The translations under genes and the position numbers were made by a program. Below the pieces are notes generated by a model. It was given only the letters and a program-made list of their open reading frames with translations. It was not told the DNA's origin and searched no databases. A stretch of DNA of 64,000 nucleotides from Amphiscolops sp. MND2022 (lineage: Eukaryota), in the NCBI GenBank assembly GCA_964187785.1, contig OZ076410.1, positions 25,978,001 to 26,042,000 of the forward strand, read 5' to 3'. This document shows positions 57,293 to 64,000 of this stretch, piece by piece; within the stretch, counting starts at the first letter, position 1; each line of letters begins with the position of its first letter.

Positions 57293-57725
57293 CTATCGAA
57301 AGCGATATTCACTCCAACATTTTTTTCCATATTCGAAATTGTCTTTTTCACTTACATATTTGTTTAGGAAGTATTGTTTGATGTTTTTTTTGGTTGTTAT
57401 GTAGGTACATTTCCCAATTTTTAGCTTGTCAGGTAACTCGTTCCATATGGGCACTGTTTTACTGAAAAAGCTTTTCTTAAGAAAGTCAGTTTTGCATTGG
57501 ATGTTGAAGTAGACTTTTTTGGTTCGTTCGTGGGATCTTATGTCACCGGTAGGAAATTTCATTTTCCCTGCAAAAGCCGGAAGTTTTTTGTTTTTCCATT
57601 TCCAGTAGAAGTTGGCATTTTTGCTTTGAAAGAGATATCGGACTGGAAGGATATCATGCTGAACTTTGAGATCTGATGAATGATCATATTTTAAACGGTT
57701 AAAACATGCTTTTATTCCCCAATTT
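57293..57725 (-). mobile_element. 3' fragment of a non-LTR retrotransposon (LINE) ORF2
   Basis: IKACFNRLKYDHSSDL...ILPVRY then SFFSKTVPIWNELP. The F-x-x-R/K-x4-WN-x-LP motif is typical of CR1/L2-like ORF2 C-termini. Confidence 0.6.
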
Positions 57726-58807
57726 AACTGTTTCTCTAAAGTGGTAAGAAGGTTTTCTGAAATTCCGCTTAGTAAGATTTCCGGGTGACCACGTTATAAT
57801 CGTTCCAGAATTTTCACTCTGTGACATTTTTCCATCCGTGTGGATCTGCATTAGATCGTGTTCCTGGTACATTTGGATTGGTGCATACCTTCCGTGTCAC
57901 AAACTCTACCGTCTTCTTCCGGCATCTCATCTGGTTAATCTTTGTCCCCGAATCTGTTTTGGATCTGTTTTTATTTTGTACTATTCCGAGATTCTTTAGG
58001 ATGTCCCTCAGAATTCCATCATACTTCCCATACTACCCGTCTAGGCCCCTCAGGCAGTGGCGGTTTTCCGGGGTGATTTCCGCTGACACTACTGCCACAG
58101 TCTCTTTTTGGTTTTTACTCTCGCTCTAAAATAGTTAACCGAATTAATCTTTCGATAACTTTTTCCCGTGTCCATTTTGAAGTGTTTTCGCTTTCGCTTC
58201 TTGCGGTTTGAATTTTGATTAAAACCTTCATTCCAGAGAATTTCTGTTATGTCTTTTCCAACAACTTTGAATGGATATCTAATCGGAGTTTTCATCACCA
58301 TGTGGTTGGTCCTCTGCATCTGGACCGACATATAGCGGTGTGTTTTGTTTTGTAGGGTGCTGAAAAGGACACTTCAGAATAACCTGTTAGATAAGATTTT
58401 CTGCGTTTTATAATATTTGTTCGCTCTGTTTCTAAGTTGATGTAATTCGAATGGTGTTTTTTCTGTCCCGTGTGCATTACGATACACATCCCGGTAACGA
58501 ACTAGCAGGATCCTGCTACTTTGATTTTTTTCCAATCAGAGCGCGAATAATTTTTTTGAAATTTTTACATTTGTCACACATTATTTTATTACAAGGTATT
58601 TTATTTGCACGTAAATGCGTGAATGAAATACACGTGTACACGTGCGCAATGTGCATTGAATGCAGTTTATATGTACTATGCACGGTAGAGCTTAGTAATG
58701 ATAACTAATTATTTATTGAATCATTGTTTACTTTGACTATTTTACGATGTGGTGGTATGAATTGGAATTTAAATGAACACTGAGTTTTGAATGCATATAA
58801 ACATGGT

Positions 58808-59034
58808 GTAAGTTAGTCAAAACTTTGACCACTTTCCATTTTTTGCAAATTGCAGATCGTTATACTTGCGATAGTGGTAGTTAGTCAATGTTTTGACTGA
58901 ACTACAAAAACGTGTATTTTTGGACCAACTTCCACTTTTCACTGGCTACGTGCTTTGCCTAGTTTACACTATTTTTCATTACGCGCGTTGACACAGCTAC
59001 ACCGTTCAGGCATAGACCGTCTTGACTAACTTAC
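58808..59034. mobile_element. Small MITE with 13-bp TIR GTAAGTTAGTCAA
   Basis: GTAAGTTAGTCAA (58808-58820) and TTGACTAACTTAC (59022-59034), with an internal GTTAGTCAA copy. Confidence 0.5.
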
Positions 59035-61587
59035 GCTGAATGACCATTTTACGGTTTACAGAGATTACGCAGCGTGACTGAAATTCTTTTTACGAGGATG
59101 TGTATTGTAATGTGAGTAGGAAAATGCATTACCTCCAACACTGGGTTAACACTTTCGGTTAAATTGTTTTCGTCTTCCATCATCACTGAAGTTAAATTTT
59201 TCATTGTATGGATGCCTCGATCAACCTATCCGTTTCCGGTACGTATGCGGGGTGGACAGTCCTGAATTTCTAGATTCCGTGATTTGCAAAATTCTTTGTA
59301 ATCGGTTGAAGTAAGCGCCACCTTCATCTGATATTTTTTTTCTTGATATACCATACTGGTTTAGGTAACTCGGTAGAAAGAAAATTCCTTCCCTCTCAGG
59401 TTTCCGACTTTTCACAGATGCTCGCTGTCGGTCTTATACTAAATCGGTCTATCGCAATTAACATTTGGGTTCTCCGTTTAAAGTAATGTTGTGCATTATT
59501 CCGGCAAAAACAATTTGTAATTCTAGTCCCGGTTCAGTTGAAGTTTTTAGTTTGGTAGTTTGGCTAGACATGCGGTGCATTCTTTGACTTTCTGTTGAAT
59601 GTATTTCCGTATCTCAAGCCACCAAAAGATGTTTGCTTCTGTTGTCATTTTTGTAACTGCGGAATGACAGAAATGTAAAATGTCGACCCCTCTTCTTCTC
59701 AAGTCGAGCGAGACAGGGATTTGAATATTAACAAAAAAGAAACCCCACCGTACAAAAGTTTTGTCGAAGAACGGTTTGTAGTCTTCCGAGGCAGTGTTTT
59801 ATTTTCTCTTTTCATACTTTCAATGGACAAGTTTCGCTTTTTTCGGTATTTTTTCTGCATTCGAATTGATTGTCGAATAGAGTACGGTACTTCGCGTTTT
59901 TTTCCGCGTGTTCGGTTAATAATTTGATCACAAATTTTCCGTCTCAATTGTCTGATACTGCTCCCCGCCAAATTTCTGCTGAGAAAATTGATAAACTTCA
60001 AGTTACTTTCGACGATACGTTGCTGCGATGTAAAAATGTGTCATACGATCTAACCACCATGTTTGATCTTTCTATGATGATTATTAGCCTCTCGGTGATT
60101 ATTTCGGTTCCGTTTCATCATCAGTGAACCGTGATCAGACGCCTGGTATTCTCTGTACAAGTGTACTTTCGTTCCGTATGAAAACAACAGGAATTTTTAG
60201 TGCCCGAACTATTGCCTGTTTTTTGAGTTAACTGACTGTGTATTTTTACGGTATCATTCAGATATCACCTACCGAACGAAATGGGTTTTAATCCACGCTG
60301 TACTATCTTTGCCACAGTGTAATCTCGAAACCGGTTTTACTTGCTTCCGTCCTAACCATGTTTACTTTATCTTTTGCATATTGTGCCAGACATGGTTTTT
60401 TGTTTTGCATACGTTTGATTCAAACAAAATCTTTTTCTTGTTCATCTCCCACTCAAATAGTCATAGTTTTTTCCAGTTATCTTCTTTTTAGGTAGCAGGT
60501 AGCTTCGGCAGAACTTTTGCTAAAAATTGAACTATTCTGAGGAATGGTTTCATTTTTTTGTGTTAATCGCAGTATTGGTTTGGCATTTTCTTCAATCATT
60601 TTTTCATTCCGTTTTCATCTATTTGGTGTCCCACTCGAGTAGTTTGTTTCAAGCAGAAATCAGATTTTTTCCTGACCGGCATCAAGCTTCTCATGTCTGT
60701 CTAATCTAACAAACAAATTTTTTCCGCTGCTGCGAATAACGGCAAGCGCGTAGAACCCTTGTTTGCCACTGATCTTTGCTTGGATGATTGCAAATATGCA
60801 TTATCGCATTGTCTCTTTCTATTGTTTTATATTGTTTCATTTGTCTCTATGCGTAATCTGATTAAATTTTTGATATCAAAAGGTGTATTCTTCTGTCGCG
60901 AGGTTTTTTTCTACCCAGATTGGGCTTAGTATTTCCTCCTTTTCACCGTTTGTGGTCTTCGTTTTAAAAAATCTGTCTTTCATTTTTGGCAATTCCGGCG
61001 CATCTTTGACGAATCGTAGCTCTTTATTTTAAAAACTACTGGTGATACAAAACAGTCTTTGTCCACCTTGCCTACTTTTTCTACTTGTCCTATTATCAAT
61101 CTTGTTTTTGCGATTTTTCCCATATCCTCTTGTAGGTGTATTAATATCGGCCTTCCTTTTTGTTTTACCGCATAATGTCCCGTTTTTAGTTGTATTTATT
61201 TCTGTAACTTTGTTGTTCGGTAGTTATCGAACAAATCCGGAAACATGTACTTCGTCTGTCTGATTGGCTGCTCTTGACCATTTGCACTCTTTCACTTGTT
61301 AACTTGAACTTTTTCATGTAATCGATCCCCACTAGTGGTGTTATATCTGTTTTTTATTCATCAGGATTTCCATCTTACCTTGGTTATTTTGATCTTCCAT
61401 GTCTACCTGTAAGTTTCCCTGTACGTTTACCTCGTTCCTGTGTACATTTTGATATCGATTTGATATTTTAGGGATTTCGGTTTGTTTCAATCTTCGATCG
61501 TCTGGCGGCATTATTGTTTCTTGTGACCGGTGTCAATTATGAACTCTTTCTTTGTTCCGTTCATTCTGATTGTCGCTGGGTAGTGTT

Positions 61588-63077
61588 TGTTATATTCGGT
61601 TCAAACCGGCCCAGACTACCATTTAACCTCTACCGAGATTCGGTCTACAAACTATCTAGTCTAGATACTAGAGTTGTTTACTAACAAACTCAATCTACAA
61701 TAAATTTTATTTGATACATAAGTACAATTTGAATTGATATAGAACAGTTGAAACTAGAGATATAACTTTTATTCTTTTCCATCTTAACTTAGATGTAGAG
61801 AATACAACATGGCGCAGTCAGCCAATTTTCAAACCGAAACAAACTTCCTAATATTGAAAACGAAATGGCAGAGAAAAATACAGTCCCAAATCTCGAAGCA
61901 AAAGCCACAGACGGGAGTCCGGTATTTACACCGAGACAGTGGCTAGAAAGATTCCGGCAGTTTTGCAAACGGGAACACAAGATGGATATCACACCACTAA
62001 TGAAAGGAGAAAACATGACAGATTCCGGATGGTCCGCAAAAGAACAAGCAATACAAGACGATTTCTTGTGGGGAGTGGGACCGGAAGCACTATATCAGAT
62101 AACCAGGGCCGAATAAAAAACGGAACCCGACAGCATAAAAGTGAAAGATTTAATCCGGTTATTCACCGAATTCTACATGCCAAAAAGAAATACATACCAT
62201 AATCGTGGAGATTTCGTCTGGGCGAAACAAACAGAAGAGGAAACACCGGAAGACTTCTGGAGACGACTAATCGAAATCGAAAAAGAATGTAACTTTAACA
62301 CCATTTCAGCAGAAGAATTGTTGATATCAAAATATATGACAGCAATCACCGACAAAAAATTACGGGACAAAAAAATGAAAGAAAAAACACTAGAACTGAA
62401 GAAGATAATTGAACTGATCAAGCAGAACACGTACGAGAAGAAAAACAATACCGGAAGCCTTGATATCAACAAAAGAGAAGCAAATAATAAAGGAAGAACC
62501 GATCGAGAGAATGGAAAAATTCGGTGCAACACCGAAAAACTTCGGAAACCGAACATGCAGATTCTGCAGATGATGACGAAGACGAAGAAATGCCGGAAGA
62601 AGCCGGAACACCAATAGTGTACGACACATCCAAGAAAGACGGGAGATACGTGCCAATACGGACAAATCCGGAAGAAGAAGACACGTTACAATTACATACC
62701 GACAGCGAAATAACGTGTACCGTGTGGACCAGGCACAAGGGAATACCGAAACCCGAGACAGCACAAAAGCCAGCGGATTTTCTCCCAGAAGAATCCACAA
62801 CCCCAGGCCCCTCAAACCAAAATTGAAGAAGATGTGAAAAGAATAGGGGGAGAAATGTTATATTCGGTTTAAACCGGCCCAGACTACCATTTAACCTCTA
62901 CCGAGATTCGGTCTACAAACTATCTAGTCTAGATACTAGAGTTGTTTACTAACAAACTCAATCTACATTAAATTACATTTGATACATAAGTACAATTTGA
63001 TTTGATATAGAACAGTTGAAACTAGAGATATATTTTTTATTCTTTTCCATCTTAACTTAGATCTAGAGAATACAACA
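61588..63077 (+). mobile_element. Internally deleted 1.49-kb family A LTR element nested in the family A relic
   Basis: LTRs 61588-61809 and 62856-63077 (about 8 differences in 222 bp). PBS TGGCGCAGTCAGCC at 61810 and PPT at 62836-62855. TSD GTGTT/ATGTT. Host reading EEKQEH|YPATIRMNG is contiguous across the insertion. Confidence 0.92.
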
Positions 63078-64000
63078 ATGTTCCTGCTTCTCTTCCATCG
63101 TCTTTATTTCTTTCATGTGGATGCTCTCGTTCGATTCACTAATTGATTCGTTCGGTGTGATTGTTTCTTCTTGGGTAAGCGTCTCACTGTCCCGGTTTGG
63201 TTGTTTCGTTGTTTCCATTCCCTTGCGTAATGTCCCTCTCTCCATTTTTTGCAGTTTGATTTCAGTGCGGGACATTTGTGCAGTGGGATCCAAATGAGTG
63301 GGTTGTAAAATCGACATAGTCGGGTTCCGGTAAATTTGTTTTTCGGTCTCGTACCGAATTTTTTTGTTCTGTGTGTCGGTTCTTCTTATATTGCTTGTTT
63401 TTTGTCGTAATTAATGCTTCCGGTATCAGGTCCTGTTTATTCTTCATTTCTTAGGTATTTTGCTTGACTAATTCATTATTCGTTTTAACTTCTATGTTTT
63501 TTCCATCTTCCTGTTCTGTAACTTTTTTTCAATAAATGGGGTCGTATATTTGATATCAATACTTCTACAGCCAAAATGCATTGAAATGGCATTCCTTTCT
63601 CAATTTCATTTAATCGTCTCCTGAATTCTTCAAGTGTTCTGTCTTCGATCTATTTCGGTCTTTATCTTGGAAGATAATGTTCTGCAATTAGCTGGATTGG
63701 GTCTTTTAGTTTTCTACTGTCGGGCTCTGTTTCATACTCGGCTCTAGTGGTTGAGTGCTTCGGTTCTCTTACAAGAATATCTGGATTTTGCATCTAAGAG
63801 TTATTGCACACAAAATATAATTAGATATAGCTATGTTCATTTTCTGGGGTTCGTTCCTTGTAAATATTGGCAGCTATGTCTATAACTATACTCTATAACT
63901 ATAACTATATACTTGAAAATCATTCAGGGAATGTATTAACTGCAAAAATCTTGTAAACTCCTTGCAAGGATTGCATTTTGTTCTCACCTAGGACAGTCAA

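Larger units (their letters stand above)
57730..63860 (-). mobile_element. Heavily decayed family A Ty3/Gypsy relic (gag-PR-RT-RH-IN tail), interrupted by insertions
   Basis: Gag TRAEYETEPDS near 63720-63750, protease EFIIDTG near 61525-61550, RH KFINFLSRN near 59990. Homologous to 8524-12682. LTRs were not located. Confidence 0.75.

Overview
AT-rich eukaryotic (invertebrate-like) genomic DNA made almost entirely of transposable elements. No taxonomic marker is visible, and no rRNA, tRNA or CRISPR was found. The centrepiece is a complete, young 15.9-kb Ty3/Gypsy LTR retrotransposon (24652-40540, minus strand) with 1.74-kb near-identical LTRs, a GATAC target-site duplication, PBS, PPT, intact gag and pol, and a -1 slippery site. 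It has three unusual features. (i) About 183 codons of gag lie inside the LTR and the ORF reads through the PBS. (ii) An extra sense ORF with a SUMO-interacting-like motif runs through the PPT into the 3' LTR. (iii) It carries an antisense, 4-intron, ~1190-aa cargo gene with an NLS, a BED-type zinc finger and a hAT-transposase-like body lacking recognisable catalytic residues. Around it are decayed Gypsy elements (one full-length with a TSD, one tandem arrangement sharing an LTR, one relic with a nested deleted element), several MITE families, a satellite with an internal inversion, several spacer-less palindromes and a LINE 3' fragment. Damaged exons of a class A GPCR (opsin-like) are also present; TM3 is split across a ~46-kb TE-filled interval. 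All alignments and family assignments were made by eye and need computational confirmation.
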